Assembly: GCA_021732415.1 (NCBI GenBank)
Contig: JAKFVC010000133.1
Span: 1 to 46,612 of the forward strand
Direction of reading: 5' to 3'
DNA from: Planctomycetaceae bacterium
Lineage (GTDB): Bacteria > Planctomycetota > Planctomycetia > Planctomycetales > Planctomycetaceae
DNA length: 46,612 nucleotides
Shown here: positions 1 through 9,381 of the stretch, in pieces
How the letters are laid out: each line of letters begins with the position of its first letter
Numbering within the stretch: position 1 is the stretch's first letter
The notes under the pieces: generated by a model
Told to the model about the DNA's origin: nothing
Database searches by the model: none
What the model saw: the letters and a program-made list of their open reading frames with translations, nothing else
Made by a program: the position numbers and the translations under genes

Positions 1-26
1 GAGGGAGCTGTCACTCCGGCAACTGC

Positions 27-530
27 ATGGGTGGCGGCCTGTTCGGCCACGGCTGCTGTCACGGTTCGGCCTCGGGCAGTGCCTGGGTCCGTCCGCCGGC
101 AGTGTGGGGGTTGTCTCGGACGCCCAACACTTATCGCTACTATTGGAATTCACAACTCGCGGGAATTCCTGCCGTGAGCGGCGGACCATACCCCATGGTC
201 TATCAGCCGACTGATACGACTCAGATGGGCTTCTATTATCAATCGGTACCGCGCTGGCAATATCGTCCTGAGATGCTGCCGCCGGCCCCGGCTCCCAACT
301 GGCCCAACGGGATGAACTCGGCCTATGGCAGTTACAGTACGGGCTATGTTTCGGGATCGGTCAACACGACCCCGGTCTATGCCCCGACGAACGCTCAACC
401 CGGCATCGTGACTCCCGCGACGCCTGTCGACCCGCCAGCTCCCGCAGTGGCGCCCCCGCCGCCCGCTGAACCGGCGGTGAACGCTGCGGAACCTGAAGCC
501 GCGGTGTTCCCGAATCGTCGCCGTCGCTAA
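27..530 (+). CDS. Hypothetical Pro/Gly/Tyr-rich low-complexity protein; possibly 5'-truncated by the window edge (no in-frame stop upstream of the first ATG within the window)
   Basis: ORF-track ORF with high third-position GC. Two strong stem-loops follow its stop. Composition is low-complexity (PPAPAPNWP, PPAPAVAPPPPAEPA). No recognisable domain. Confidence 0.4.
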   Translation: MGGGLFGHGCCHGSASGSAWVRPPAVWGLSRTPNTYRYYWNSQLAGIPAVSGGPYPMVYQPTDTTQMGFYYQSVPRWQYRPEMLPPAPAPNWPNGMNSAYGSYSTGYVSGSVNTTPVYAPTNAQPGIVTPATPVDPPAPAVAPPPPAEPAVNAAEPEAAVFPNRRRR

Positions 531-551
531 TCGCGGATAACAAAAAAACAA

Positions 552-583
552 CAGCCCGGGTTGCTGATCAGCAACCCGGGCTG
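552..583 (+). terminator. Perfect 32-bp palindrome (cagcccgggttgct gatc agcaacccgggctg), a candidate intrinsic terminator for the + strand ORF ending at 530
   Basis: Read directly: 14-bp arms with a 4-nt centre, 22 bp downstream of the stop. A T-rich stretch (ttggcgttctttgtg) follows. Confidence 0.5.
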
Positions 584-612
584 TTGGCGTTCTTTGTGAC
601 TATGATTTATTG

Positions 613-646
613 CAGGTGAGCCCCGTCCCGTGACGGGGCTCACCTG
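613..646 (-). terminator. Perfect stem-loop (caggtgagccccgtc ccgtg acggggctcacctg), a candidate terminator for the minus-strand DUF1501 gene ending at 678
   Basis: Read directly: 14/15-bp GC-rich stem with a 4-5 nt loop, ~30 nt downstream of the minus-strand stop. With the 552-583 hairpin it forms a tandem pair between convergent genes. Confidence 0.5.
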
Positions 647-677
647 TCCAATTTTGAAATCGAACGGACAAGACGGT

Positions 678-2042
678 TTACACTTCCTGCAGCCGTTCGG
701 TCGCGTCGCCAAACTTGTCGACGTGGACATTCATCTTGTCCATCATCGACATATACAGCCGGCACATCTGGCGGTTGGGTTGTGACTTGTAATCCAGCAC
801 CTTGCCGGTCTGGATCTTGCCGCCACCGCGGCCGACCACCACGACTGGCAACTGGGTTGCGTCGTGACCGCCACTCATCATGCTCGAGCACATCATCAGC
901 ATCGAGTTATCCAACGCGGTTCGCTCGCCTTCCTGAATACCATCCAGCTTCTTGGCGATGTAACCCAACTGCTCGACGAAGAACTGATTGACCTTCAGCC
1001 AGTCTGCGGTGTCCGAATGCGACAACAGATGGTGAATCATGTAGTCGACACCCAGATGTGGGAAGCGGAGCGACGAATGGTCGTTGTTCAGCTTGAGTGT
1101 TGTAATTCGAGTCGTATCGGTCTGGAATCCGAGGACCAGGATGTCACACATCAACCGCATGTGATCGGCGATGTTCTGCGGAATCCCTTCGGCCGGCCGC
1201 GCTATATTGGGTTTGTCGAGTGTCGGTCGCCAGCCTTGCAGCTCACCCTGCTTGCCGGCGTTCGCGATCCGTTGTTCGACGTCTCTTACTGAGTCGAGAT
1301 ACTCATCCAATTTGCGTTGATCGGTCGTGCTGATCTGGCGGCGAATGTCGCTGGCGTCGGCCAGGACGGCATCCAGGACACTCTTGTCGCCACGTTGCAC
1401 TTCGTCCTTAAAGAGCCGGTCGAAGGCCAATGCGGGGTAGAGTTCCAGCGGGGTCGGTGTCGTCGGCGAGGACCACGAAATATGCGAGCTATAGAGCATC
1501 GAATAGTTCTTGTGGACCGAGGGGTTTGATTTCTCGCAACCCAGCACCAGGCTCTGCACTTTGGTGGAACGGCCGTAGGTTTGCGCGAGGAACTGGTCGA
1601 CGCTGGTGCCGGAACGGATCTCTCCGCCTGAAGCCAGCGGGGCACCGGACAGAATGTTGCCGGTCTGCGAGCTATGAATGTTCCCCTTCAAGGCCTGTTC
1701 ATTGTAGAGGCCCTTGATGAAGAGCATCTTGCCACGGAAGTCATTCAGTGGAGCGAGCACCTGGCCAAGCTCCATCCCCTGCCCTTCCCCCTTCGCCCAC
1801 CATTCGCGGCTATGGAAGCCGTTGCCGGCGAACAACACAGCCAGACGGACGGGAGCTTCGCTGGCCTTCTTGGTACCGGTGGCATCATCTCCCCAAACAT
1901 TGAGCGACTCCAACCACGGCAAAGCCATCGTGACGCCGAGGCCCCGCAACATCGTGCGACGCGAGAAGGTGTGACTATGATTCATGGAGCACTCCATATT
2001 CGACAATTTCGAGAACATAGATTGGGGGATCAGATTCATCAC
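678..2042 (-). CDS. DUF1501 domain protein (sulfatase-like fold) with a Tat-type signal; downstream partner of the giant PSCyt-type gene
   Basis: N-terminal SRRTMLRGLGVTMALPWL twin-arginine signal. Length and overall sequence are typical of Planctomycete DUF1501. Immediately downstream of the giant cytochrome-c-motif gene, in the usual pairing. The true start may be the internal Met at nt 1985 (MNHSHTFSRRTML). Confidence 0.88.
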   Translation of the reverse strand: MMNLIPQSMFSKLSNMECSMNHSHTFSRRTMLRGLGVTMALPWLESLNVWGDDATGTKKASEAPVRLAVLFAGNGFHSREWWAKGEGQGMELGQVLAPLNDFRGKMLFIKGLYNEQALKGNIHSSQTGNILSGAPLASGGEIRSGTSVDQFLAQTYGRSTKVQSLVLGCEKSNPSVHKNYSMLYSSHISWSSPTTPTPLELYPALAFDRLFKDEVQRGDKSVLDAVLADASDIRRQISTTDQRKLDEYLDSVRDVEQRIANAGKQGELQGWRPTLDKPNIARPAEGIPQNIADHMRLMCDILVLGFQTDTTRITTLKLNNDHSSLRFPHLGVDYMIHHLLSHSDTADWLKVNQFFVEQLGYIAKKLDGIQEGERTALDNSMLMMCSSMMSGGHDATQLPVVVVGRGGGKIQTGKVLDYKSQPNRQMCRLYMSMMDKMNVHVDKFGDATERLQEV

Positions 2043-2097
2043 GGAGACACGGAGAAATCTTCAATCTGGTTTCCGTGTTCTCCGTGTCTCCGTGGTG
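2037..2097. repeat. Word-built hairpin (cacggaga units): catcacggagacacggagaa ... ttccgtgttctccgtgtctccgtggtg. It sits between the giant gene stop and the DUF1501 start and is related to the hairpin at 38695-38760.
   Basis: Inverted repeat read directly from the sequence. A second copy of the same word family is at 38695-38760. Confidence 0.6.
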
Positions 2098-2130
2098 AAA
2101 TTCCGACTTTGGTTATTCATCAGACGCAGC

Positions 2131-5100
2131 CTAGTCTTCCAGCGCTCGTTCGCGTCCGCGAATTTCGCGGAATTGACGGCTTTGGATAATCGCTTCGATC
2201 GCCGAGACCACCTTATAGTCGTTGTTCTTCAAAACCGTCTGCATGTCGGTCAGCAGCGGCTCATCTGACAATTGTACCGCACGGCCCAGCGAATACCCCA
2301 GCAGTTTCTTACAGAACTGCCGCACGAAGGCGTCGCGCCGGACAGTCAGCAGATAGTTGCGGAGTCCATCCACTCCCGTGAACTGCGATCCGTCAAACGC
2401 GGTGACCTTCGTATCGATCGGCCGATTTCCAAGATCCTTTTCACGATGTCGGCCGATGGCGTCGAAACTTTCCAGCGAAAACCCAAACGGGTCGATGCGG
2501 CGATGACAGACCGAGCATTTCGGGTCATTGACATGCTTTTCCGTAAGCTGGCGGACGGTCAGCGTCTCAGCGGCTTCATCTTCTGGAAGCTGCGGGACAC
2601 CCTTGGGCGGACGGGGCAAACGCTCGCCCAACAGGACTTCGCTGATCCAGTTACCGCGTAAGATGGGACTCGTCCGCGAAGCACCCGATTGCTTGGTGAG
2701 CGTGGTCGCCTGCCCCAGAATTCCGCCACGAGCGTACTGTTTGACGTTGTCGACACGCCGCCATTCCGGTCCCTTGATCCCCGGGATTCCATAGTGATTG
2801 GCAAGTTCTTCGTTCAAGAACGTGTAGTCGGAATCGAGGATATTCAGGACCGAACCATTGTTCTGGAAGAGATCCGTAAAGAACACAATCGATTCTTCAT
2901 ACATCGCGCCACGCAGGCTGACGAAGGTCGGGAAGTGCCGATCGCTCTTTTCGTCCAGGTGGTCGAAGTCATGAATATGCAGCCACTGGCAGGCGAACTC
3001 GGTCGCGAGGCGGCGCGTCTTGGCGTCACTCAACATGCGGCGTGATTGGGTCAGCAGGTTCTTCGTGTCACCGAGTTGTCCGGCAGCAGCGGCCTTCAGC
3101 AGTTCCGCGTCGGGTTCAGAAGCCCACAGGAAGTAACTCAGCCGACTTGCGAGTTCGAAGTCGGAAACCGGTCCCTGCTTGTCTCCCGGAACCGGCTTTT
3201 CGATCCGATACAAGAAGCTCGGGGCGACGAGCATTCTCGCCAGCAGCAACCGGAAGGCCTCCTCGTGAGGCATCTCTTCTTTCCGCAGCAACGCATAGAG
3301 GTTGCGGAGTTCCTGGGTTTCGGTAGTCGACACGGGCCGACGGTAGACTTTTGTGGCGAACGCGAGCAGCGCATCAAGCTGCTTCGGTTCATCATCGACG
3401 AGCCGCTTGCGGTAGGCTGCCGCACGGTCGTTGATGGGCTTGCGGAGCGGTTCGAACACCTTGGGATCGGCGTCTTGCGTCGCGTATTCCATCAACTGGG
3501 CGAAGGCATCGACCAGCGTGAGGGCATCCTGACTGATGTAGTGCAATTCGTCCCACAGGCGGTCGAGCTGTGCTGTTTGAGCATCATCGAGCATCAACCG
3601 TACGAGGTGATCGTCCTCGCGATAGAACAACGTCAACGTCACGACTTCATCCACCGGCACGATTTTCGTGTAGCAGAGTGCGGCGGGGAAGAGCCGGCGA
3701 TAGTCATCAAAGGCCGCTTCAATTCGTTTACGGGCCGCACTGTTTTCAGTGACAACGATCGGCGTAGAGTATGCGGTACGGCGGTTGTCATCACTCCAGG
3801 TACCGCCGGCGAGGGTTACTTTGACTTCGCTGGTGACGAGGCCCGTCGCGCGGGTCGGTTTGCCCACAACGACTTCCAATTGCACGCTGCCTTCGGCCCC
3901 AGTGACCGGTTCCAGCACGCCAGATGTGACCAGTTCACTTCCGGCGACAAGGTCAGCCGGCAAGGCAAACGTAATCACCGCGGGTGCCTTCACGCACAGG
4001 CTGGCAGCGTCGACGGGGCTGCCATTGGGATGCTTGCCGAAGAGTGCTGGATCGAGGCCAAAGGCTGAATTTGTCGGAGCAGGTTTCGTCGTATCCGGCT
4101 TATTCGCATTCGCGGCTGGCGTCGCATTTCGCAAGGCACCAAACAACGGGCCGCTGAACGATGTCAGTTGACGATAGAGTACGGCGTCCGGGCTATCCTT
4201 GGCTTCCGGTGGCGGAGATGTGAGCAGTTTCTGAATGTCGTCTGCGACCTTGCCCTTGGCATCGACATCTGAGGTCACCAACCATTTGGCGAGCAATGAG
4301 TCGGCCGGAATCACGGGCCCGACATCGGTGGGGCCACCCTTTTCCGGTTCGGTATAGAAGTGCCAGACTCCGTTGTTCCCAAACTTGTCGGCATGCGGGT
4401 TACCAGCGAGGATATCGCTCGAGACATCGGCCGCCAGATTCCACGTTTTGCCACCTTCGCCCGTAGAGGCCAACTGCAGATCAACCGCCGTCAGGTCACA
4501 CGAATGATTGCCGTCGCGCGGTCCGATCAAGAGCGAGATCACGTCTCCGCTGTTGACCAGGGTCTCCAGCGGCCCAAATTTCGCCACCGTATTGCCTTGA
4601 GCCGTACCGGTCGCCAGGCGTTGCCGTGTCGTTCCGCGTCGCAGTTCGAGTGACCAGGTCACCCCGTTGCCACATTCCGGATGAGCGTGCGTCACGACGC
4701 CTTCGATGTTCATTTTTGCCGCGACCGGGCTGCGCCAGCCGATGGCGGCGCGTAGCGTGGGCGACGGATGGACGGCCACGCTGTGCGGCTTCATGTTGCC
4801 GGGGACGCGTACCGCCTGATCGGAAGAATTGGCCAGCAACAACGGTGTGTTGTGACTGCCCCAGCCTTTGATGAAGTCGTAGTTCTGCGCACTGTTGATC
4901 TGCTCCTTAAAATGGCCTTGCAGATCAACGATGTCGCTGGAGCCGACTCCGAGGTAATCGAACCAAGCTCGCAAAGCGACTGGTTCCACACCGTATTTCT
5001 TCGCCAAATCGGTTGAGCTATCCTTCCCTGCTGCAGCCGAGGCTTCCGCAGCAGCATCCAGATACTGAGCCGTATTCGCCAACATCCGCGTCCGCATCGC

Positions 5101-6411
5101 GCTCAATTCACTGGCAACTTGCCGGACGTCGCGCAGCAACAGGTCGGGACGGCCGGGAGTCACCAGTCGCGGTTGCTGCCAGATCGCGAAGTCCTGGTCG
5201 TTGCCGTCCCCGACATCCGATGCCACGAGCGACAGCGTGATGTCCTGGCCATCGGTCGAGGCTGGCAGCTTAAAACGAATATCTTGCTTGGCGAGAACCG
5301 GGCTGACGGGTTCTTGCCAGGACTTGGGCCCGCCGACCTTGCCGATGTGTCCCACGGTGCCAAACTTCCACAGACCCTTCTGCCAGGCCGCGACTTCCGC
5401 CGCCAGCTTGGGGGTCTCTTCCGGCTTGGCAACTCGCCAATGTTCGCGCAATCCGTCGAGCAGCAGTGACGGTTCCTTGCCCGTCAGACTGGTCCACAGG
5501 ATCCCGAGATACTTCGCGTTCAAGCCGCATTCTTTCGCCACGGCGGCAATGGTCTTGCTGCCCTTGGTGAGCGAGTCGCGTTCTTCGACGGTGGCCGCCA
5601 GATATTTTTCGACCGGCAACCGACCGCCTTGATTCGTGTCGAAGATGATGCCTTGCAGATTGACCTTTTCGCCACCTTGCGTCGCGGAGAATTCGCGGTA
5701 CAAGTTGCGGATTTGAACGAGGATTTCCTCGGTTTCGTCGCGGCGAGTTGTAAAGGCCGAAAACCGGAAACCATCGGGCAGCAGCACCGCGTGATTCGCC
5801 ACTTCCTTCGCGGCGTCGAGATACTTAGTCACGAGGGCCGGCGACATGACCAGGGCGTTACCGGTATTGGTAAACCCTTCACCGGCCGCCCCATCGACGG
5901 GAAATTCTTTCGCGGGATCGAGTGTTTTAATCCCCGTTAAGTCGCGTAGAGTGTAGGTATATTCGACGTTGCTCAAGCGACGCAGCACAACGCGACCGGG
6001 ATCCCCGGCGTGTGCCGCGGCCTCCATCGTGAGATAGCTGCGGACCCATTTTTGGAGCTTGGTACGTTCCGCTTCAGAAAGCTGCGGCGCGTCCTTGGGA
6101 GGCATCTGGCCGCTATCCAGCATTTCGCCAATCTTCTGCCAGACTGCGGGATGTTTGCGGACTGCGGCCCAGTTCTTAAACGTTTCCAGGTCGAGATCAG
6201 CCTCAACCAGATTTCCCGAGTGACACTCATAACAGTGACGCTGGATCAGGGGCCGAATGTCGGGCTCGTAAGCTTGTTCAAGCGATTTCGCATTCGGCTC
6301 GTCTGCCCGGGTTTCGTCGACCCTGGTCAGCAGACCTGACATGAGCACCAGGGTGAGAGACATCACGCCTACGGTCCCCGTCGTCAGCATTCGCAGCGCT
6401 CTCAATGTCAT
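2131..6411 (-). CDS. Giant Planctomycete-specific secreted protein with an N-terminal cytochrome-c-type CxxCH motif (PSCyt-like) and a C-terminal CSVCHRRIDPFGFSLESFD motif (DUF1553 / DUF1585-1588-like multi-DUF architecture)
   Basis: Signal peptide. RHCYECHSGN is near the N-terminus and KCSVCHRRIDPFGFSLESFDAIG near the C-terminus. 1426 aa. Followed by DUF1501, the typical pairing. It overlaps the upstream GntR gene by 4 bp (ATGA). Confidence 0.85.
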   Translation of the reverse strand: MTLRALRMLTTGTVGVMSLTLVLMSGLLTRVDETRADEPNAKSLEQAYEPDIRPLIQRHCYECHSGNLVEADLDLETFKNWAAVRKHPAVWQKIGEMLDSGQMPPKDAPQLSEAERTKLQKWVRSYLTMEAAAHAGDPGRVVLRRLSNVEYTYTLRDLTGIKTLDPAKEFPVDGAAGEGFTNTGNALVMSPALVTKYLDAAKEVANHAVLLPDGFRFSAFTTRRDETEEILVQIRNLYREFSATQGGEKVNLQGIIFDTNQGGRLPVEKYLAATVEERDSLTKGSKTIAAVAKECGLNAKYLGILWTSLTGKEPSLLLDGLREHWRVAKPEETPKLAAEVAAWQKGLWKFGTVGHIGKVGGPKSWQEPVSPVLAKQDIRFKLPASTDGQDITLSLVASDVGDGNDQDFAIWQQPRLVTPGRPDLLLRDVRQVASELSAMRTRMLANTAQYLDAAAEASAAAGKDSSTDLAKKYGVEPVALRAWFDYLGVGSSDIVDLQGHFKEQINSAQNYDFIKGWGSHNTPLLLANSSDQAVRVPGNMKPHSVAVHPSPTLRAAIGWRSPVAAKMNIEGVVTHAHPECGNGVTWSLELRRGTTRQRLATGTAQGNTVAKFGPLETLVNSGDVISLLIGPRDGNHSCDLTAVDLQLASTGEGGKTWNLAADVSSDILAGNPHADKFGNNGVWHFYTEPEKGGPTDVGPVIPADSLLAKWLVTSDVDAKGKVADDIQKLLTSPPPEAKDSPDAVLYRQLTSFSGPLFGALRNATPAANANKPDTTKPAPTNSAFGLDPALFGKHPNGSPVDAASLCVKAPAVITFALPADLVAGSELVTSGVLEPVTGAEGSVQLEVVVGKPTRATGLVTSEVKVTLAGGTWSDDNRRTAYSTPIVVTENSAARKRIEAAFDDYRRLFPAALCYTKIVPVDEVVTLTLFYREDDHLVRLMLDDAQTAQLDRLWDELHYISQDALTLVDAFAQLMEYATQDADPKVFEPLRKPINDRAAAYRKRLVDDEPKQLDALLAFATKVYRRPVSTTETQELRNLYALLRKEEMPHEEAFRLLLARMLVAPSFLYRIEKPVPGDKQGPVSDFELASRLSYFLWASEPDAELLKAAAAGQLGDTKNLLTQSRRMLSDAKTRRLATEFACQWLHIHDFDHLDEKSDRHFPTFVSLRGAMYEESIVFFTDLFQNNGSVLNILDSDYTFLNEELANHYGIPGIKGPEWRRVDNVKQYARGGILGQATTLTKQSGASRTSPILRGNWISEVLLGERLPRPPKGVPQLPEDEAAETLTVRQLTEKHVNDPKCSVCHRRIDPFGFSLESFDAIGRHREKDLGNRPIDTKVTAFDGSQFTGVDGLRNYLLTVRRDAFVRQFCKKLLGYSLGRAVQLSDEPLLTDMQTVLKNNDYKVVSAIEAIIQSRQFREIRGRERALED

Positions 6412-7091
6412 TCGGGGGCTCCCATGCGTTCCTTGTGATATTCGATATGTTGACGGAGCTCATTGGTCGCCAGTGCTACATCTTGATTGTGCAGGGCGTC
6501 GATGATCCGTTGATGAGCTTCGATACCGGGCATCCAGTCAGCCTTTTTCAAGCTGTCGCGGAAGCGCTGAAAGAAGATCTGCAGCAAGTCGTTAAAGGCG
6601 ACCAGAGGGGCCAGTCCGCTCGCATGCAGCAAATCGCGGTGGAACGCAATGTCGAGTTCAATCCACTTCTGCAGATCGCGAGTCTGGCGGAACTCGTCGA
6701 CGCGCTTGCACAGCGATTCGTAGACCTTCGGATCGTCTGCCATCCGCTTGGCGGTATAGGGCAAAGCTCCGATTTCGATGACCACGCGGGTATCGAGCAA
6801 TTGCTGTTGCGAGCCATTCTGCAATGCCGGATGGAAACCGAGATGTTCGGTGACGCGTTCCAGGCAGACGGTACCCACGGTAAGTCCGACGCCGGTCTTG
6901 GACTCGACGATGCCGAACAGCTCAAGGGCTTTCGTCGCTTCCCGCAGACTGAGTCGGCTGACGCCAAATTGCTCGGCTAGTTCCGTCTCGTTGGGCAATC
7001 GATCACCAGGCTTCAGGCAACCGGCCGTGATGTACTTCTTGAGACGATCGACAACGACATCACGAATCTTTACGCGCTGAATAGCAGTCAA
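6408..7091 (-). CDS. GntR-family (FadR/FCD subfamily) transcriptional regulator
   Basis: N-terminal winged HTH (LPNETELAEQFGVSRLSLREATKALELFGIV), then a ~150-aa all-alpha C-terminal domain. 227 aa. Its stop overlaps the start of the giant downstream gene. Confidence 0.85.
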   Translation of the reverse strand: MTAIQRVKIRDVVVDRLKKYITAGCLKPGDRLPNETELAEQFGVSRLSLREATKALELFGIVESKTGVGLTVGTVCLERVTEHLGFHPALQNGSQQQLLDTRVVIEIGALPYTAKRMADDPKVYESLCKRVDEFRQTRDLQKWIELDIAFHRDLLHASGLAPLVAFNDLLQIFFQRFRDSLKKADWMPGIEAHQRIIDALHNQDVALATNELRQHIEYHKERMGAPE

Positions 7092-7344
7092 GAGGTCACC
7101 TTTTCCCAGTTTGGCGACGAACGGAAGTCACCGAGACGCACGGTATAAATTATCAGACAATCGCACTGAGTCAAGCGATGACCAGAATCTGACGGAACGT
7201 GCCTTGTTTTAAGGCTGCTCGGGACGTGAACTGAGCTCACATGGTACCGAAACATGCATAAAGAGTGATGTGAATTTCGGCGACAATTCTTGAATCTCAG
7301 ATTTCGCCCAGATCGCCAGCAGGTTTGATTAATCTTCACTCTTG

Positions 7345-7475
7345 CTGGGAGGGCAAGGCTCCCGCCGAGCCTAAAACGACCGAATGTCGGCGACGGCCGG
7401 AGGCCGTGTTCGATGCCTCCGGCGGTCGCCGAGCTAAAGCTCGTACTAGGCTCGGCGGGAGCCTCGCCCTCCCAG
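7345..7475. repeat. Family-1 palindromic element, long variant (131 bp): ctgggagggcaaggctcccgccgagcct ... aggctcggcgggagcctcgccctcccag, with a nested inner palindrome (tcggcgacggccggaggc / gcctccggcggtcgccga)
   Basis: 28-bp arms with one mismatch, read directly. The arms are homologous to the elements at 12000, 24431 and 41202. It lies in a divergent promoter region. Confidence 0.75.
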
Positions 7476-7628
7476 TTTGATTTGCGACAAATCGTCTTGT
7501 GTGAGTTGGTAAGGATGGGCGATTTAGGACGAGATGTATGTCCGGATCTGATCGACTTATTAAAAAACTCTTGCCACTCATAACGCCGATAACAGGTATA
7601 ATCGAACTAACCGTTCTGATGTGCATGG

Positions 7629-9194
7629 TTGACGTTTTCACGCCACCTGCGACGGGAAGTCTCGGTTCAGTGGAGTGTGACTATGGCATGGTTTCCTCGA
7701 CGACCTTCGAATCGTACTGTTGTTCGGGCCTGGCTGTGTTCGGGGATCGTGTATTCCTGCACCATTCTGCCGGTCTGGTCGCAAGAAGGTTTTGACATTC
7801 CCGACCCGACCATCGACGACTTTACTCCATTGCCAGCGGCGATCGGATCTGAAGAAGAGGCCCCCGCGCCCTTCGCCGATCCCGAAGTGAGTGAGTCCGA
7901 AATGGAAGCCGAGAACCCGGTTTCCCTCACGACCGAGCAAGCGGGCTTTCTCAAGCAGACCCCAGTTCAGCGTCAACGTTCGTTCCTGGACGCCGCGAAT
8001 GGTTCCGAAGAAACGCTGAAGCTAGGCCGGGACTCATTTGAACGCGGCCTGATGCCACTCGAAGACTACGCCGACTTGAGCCAGGCGGCCCTGGAAGTTC
8101 GTCTGTCCGTCGCAGCGTTGCAGAACGATCGCGGCGCTCGCGTGGCGGCCCTCGTGAATCACTCCGAATTGATGCGTTCCGCAGCACGCCAACATCGCGA
8201 GTTCAACCAACCCGCATCGACAGGTTGGGCAGCGGATACAGCCTACGCCGAATTGCTGAGCGCCAACGCCGATTTACGACTCGCGGTGGCACGCGGCGAT
8301 CGCGACGCTTACACAACTGCGGTAGCGCGTAGCCAGAAACTGTCCGAAGAGCACTACGATTTGCGGTCGGCCGATTTTGATCAGGGATTGGCGTCACTGC
8401 CGAGCTTGGCCCGAGCTGCGTCATACCTGACGACGGAGGTCGGGGTCGCGGCTGACAACCGCGCTGGCGAACCGAATGAACAGACCAAATTCTCTCAGTA
8501 CATCGCGAAGCTGGAAGATGTCGTCGAGCAGACCAAGACGTTTTCGGAGCTCGAAGCGGGCGTGGGGCGGGAAGACCGTTTGCATCAGGCACAGTTCGAA
8601 CTAGCGAAAGCCGAAGGTCGGCTGGCCCTGCAGAAGAGAGACAAAGCCGGGGCGACGGAAGCTTTTAATAGAGCGATTGATGCCTCGAAGGACTGGTACG
8701 ATTCACAGGTCAAGTTCCACGAGACTGGAACGGCCACCTTGCGAGACATTACTCAAGCCTGGTGGGCTCGAGTAGAACTGAGCGATCTCACGGAGCGTGC
8801 CGGATTGCGACCCGATGCCGCCACACGTGCGGAAACCGATGCAGAATTGGGGGGATTGAGGAAACTCATCGCGGCGAAGGAAGACCGCGAGGGACGCATC
8901 GCCGCTGACGTCGCGTACGAGAAGTCGCTGGAAACGCTGCAAGGCTTGTGGGCTCGACAACGGGCGGTGAAGATCACGGCCGCTGCATCCCTCAAGCAGG
9001 GGGGCGCTGATAAGAGTGGAGTCGTGGTTAAGCCGGGTTCAGGAAGACGATCGGCACGCGTGATAGAAATCGGCGGCGACGCGAATGCCAAACCCGCTGC
9101 AGAAGGAGTTCCCGGTTCGACGCCAGTTACCAGCGAGAAGACGCCGCAATCGACTGTCGAAATCATCCGCCCGCAACGCAAGAGGAAGAAGTAG
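7629..9194 (+). CDS. Hypothetical secreted Ala/Leu/Arg/Glu-rich (coiled-coil-like) protein. The likely true start is the ATG at 7683 (MAWFPRRPSNRTVVRAWLCSGIVYSCTILPVWSQ signal peptide).
   Basis: Long ORF with coding-like composition. Signal-peptide-like N-terminus starting from the internal Met. No confidently recognisable domain. A TATAAT at 7597-7602 lies upstream. Confidence 0.5.
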   Translation: MTFSRHLRREVSVQWSVTMAWFPRRPSNRTVVRAWLCSGIVYSCTILPVWSQEGFDIPDPTIDDFTPLPAAIGSEEEAPAPFADPEVSESEMEAENPVSLTTEQAGFLKQTPVQRQRSFLDAANGSEETLKLGRDSFERGLMPLEDYADLSQAALEVRLSVAALQNDRGARVAALVNHSELMRSAARQHREFNQPASTGWAADTAYAELLSANADLRLAVARGDRDAYTTAVARSQKLSEEHYDLRSADFDQGLASLPSLARAASYLTTEVGVAADNRAGEPNEQTKFSQYIAKLEDVVEQTKTFSELEAGVGREDRLHQAQFELAKAEGRLALQKRDKAGATEAFNRAIDASKDWYDSQVKFHETGTATLRDITQAWWARVELSDLTERAGLRPDAATRAETDAELGGLRKLIAAKEDREGRIAADVAYEKSLETLQGLWARQRAVKITAAASLKQGGADKSGVVVKPGSGRRSARVIEIGGDANAKPAAEGVPGSTPVTSEKTPQSTVEIIRPQRKRKK

Positions 9195-9236
9195 TCAGAT
9201 GTGTCAGACACATCGACTCGAATCCAATTAAATACT

Positions 9237-9323
9237 TAGCCACAGAATAACACAGAAGAAACACAGAAAAGGGACCACGTGTTCCGTTCTTTTCTGTGTT
9301 TCTTCTGTGTCTGTCTGTGGCTA
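9237..9323. repeat. Word-built hairpin (cacagaa units): tagccacagaataacacagaagaaacacagaaaag ... cttttctgtgtttcttctgtgtctgtctgtggcta, between convergent genes
   Basis: ~35-bp arms with 2 mismatches and a ~17-nt loop, read directly. AT-richer than its surroundings. Confidence 0.6.
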
Positions 9324-9381
9324 AATTCCTGAACGAATTGGGAACGCAGAGGAACGAAATCAATAACCAGATCTGAGGAGG

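Noticed and set aside
3046-4068. 340-aa ORF antisense to the giant PSCyt-type gene
   Set aside because: It is fully embedded antisense in a gene with strong domain evidence. High-GC DNA commonly yields long antisense ORFs. It has no recognisable motifs.
7571-7602. Sigma-70-like TTGCCA ... TATAAT upstream of the 7629/7683 gene
   Set aside because: The -10 hexamer is perfect, but the spacer to the TTGCCA is 20 nt, which is too long for a canonical promoter. I did not list it as a feature.
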